Below, piece after piece: positions 62,400 through 64,000 of a DNA stretch of 64,000 nucleotides. The DNA lies in assembly GCA_030390025.1 (NCBI GenBank), contig JASTWF010000034.1, positions 5,270,001-5,334,000 of the forward strand. The letters are read 5' to 3'. Each line of letters opens with the position of its first letter. Within the stretch, counting starts at the first letter, position 1. Below the pieces are notes generated by a model, which saw only the letters and a program-made list of their open reading frames with translations, ran no database searches and was not told the DNA's origin. The position numbers and the translations under genes were made by a program. The DNA comes from Squalus acanthias (Eukaryota).

Positions 62400-64000
62400 C
62401 AAGGGAGTATGGCAAGGCTGGATGGCATTTATTTTAATCCAATGAGTCTTAGGAGTAAGGCAGATGAATTGAAGGTGTTGATGAACACATGGGAGTATGA
62501 TATTGTTGCGATCACAGAGATATGGTTGAGGGAGGGGCAGGACTGGCAGCTCAATATTCCGGGGTATAGAATCTTCAGGCCAGACAGAGGGGATTGTAAA
62601 AGATGAGGGGTGTCGCAATATTAATCAAGGAGACAATTACTGCTGTAAGGAGGGATGATATTTTCGCAGGTTTCTCTAATGAGGCCATTTGGGTAGAACT
62701 TAAAAACAAAAAGGGGGCAAGCACTTTGCTGGGAGGGTACTATAGGCCCCCAAACACTCAGGGGGAGATAGAAGAACAGATATATAGCAAAATCTCAGAG
62801 AAGTGTAGAAATAATAGTAGGCGATTTCAACTTCCACAATATTAACTGGGATAATTAGAGTGTGAAAGGCTTAGAGGGTGTTGCATTCTTAAAAGGCATC
62901 CAGGAGTGATTTTTAAGCCAGCATATAAAAAGTCCTAAAAAGAGAGGGGGCGGTACTGGACCTAATTTTAGGGAATGTAACCGGGCAAGTGGTGGAAGTG
63001 TCAGTAGGGGAGCAGTTTGGTGACAGTGACCATAATTCGGTGAGATTTAAGGAAGTCTTGGAAAAGGACAAAAATGGACTGGAAATAAATGTTCTAAATT
63101 TGGGGAAGGCCGATTTTAACATAAAGGCAGGATCTGGCCAAAGTGGACTAGGATCAGCTACTTTTAGGAAAGTCCACAACGGAGCACTGGGAGTCATTCA
63201 GAAAGGAAATAGAGATAGTACAACGGCAACATGTTCCGTAAAGGTCAAGGGTGGGACCAACAATTCCAGGGAACCATGGATGTCAAGAGATATACAAGAG
63301 TGGATTAGGGTAAAAATGCATGTTCTTGGCAGATTCTAAGGATTAAAAACATTGGAAGCCCTAGAGGAGTATAGAAAGTGCAGGGGGGTACAAAAAAAGG
63401 AAATGAGGAGAGCGAAGAGGGGGCATGAAAAAACACTGGCTGGCAAAATAAAGGAAAATCCCGAGGTGTTTTATAAGTATATTAAGGGCAAGAGGATAAC
63501 CAGGGAAAGAGTAGGGCCCATTAGGGACCAAAGTGGCAATCTGTGTGTAGAGCCGGAAGATGTAGGTGAGGTTTTAAATGAATATCTTGCATCTGTGTTC
63601 ACTATGGAGAAGGATGATGTCGGCATAGAAATCAGGCAGGGGGATTGTGATATATTTGAACACATTAGCATTGAGAGGGAGGCGGTGCTAGTGGTTTTAG
63701 CGGGCTTAAAAGTGGATAAATCCCCAGGCCCAGGCGAAATTTATTCCAGGCTGCTTTGTGAGGCAAGGGAGGAGATTGCAGGGGCTCTGACACAAATTTT
63801 CAGAACCTCTCTGGCCACAGGGGCGGTGCCATAGGGCTGGAGGACAGCTGACGTAGCGCCATTGTTCAAGAAGTATAGTAGGGATAAACCTGTGAATTAC
63901 ATGCCAGTGAGCCTAACATCAGTGGTAGGGAAATTATTGGAAAACATTCTGAGGGACAGAATTAGTCTCCACTTGGAGAGGCAAGGTTTAATCAAGGATA
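62400..64000 (+). mobile_element. CR1 ORF2 (APE endonuclease to start of RT), runs off the window
   Basis: ITEIWL, YYRPP, GDSDH and DKSPGP motifs with stops and frameshifts. Confidence 0.9.

Overview
Repeat-dense vertebrate genomic DNA, most likely from a cartilaginous fish (shark-type CR1 LINEs, a Deu-domain SINE, Penelope elements and the familiar 65-bp satellite). Only one host coding exon is convincing: an intact GPR139/GPR142-like 7TM receptor exon (13505-14406), followed closely by a 27-bp YY1-motif array. The rest is about 15 CR1 pieces, other LINE/SINE fragments, a Harbinger transposase relic, Penelope pieces with minimal hammerhead ribozymes and many minisatellites. There is also a young 4.4-kb Gypsy/Mag element with an apparent self-priming PBS, a 1.1-kb solo LTR, and a ~3-kb inverted segmental duplication with a third partial copy. 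The most notable feature is a degraded endogenous retrovirus (54377-62002). It has a 758-bp LTR, a tRNA-Lys1,2 PBS, a dual RNase H, a GPY/F integrase and a spliced env with a signal peptide and furin site. That env looks more lokiretrovirus-like than foamy- or gamma-like and may carry an Ig-like domain. All family assignments come from reading motifs by eye; no searches were run.
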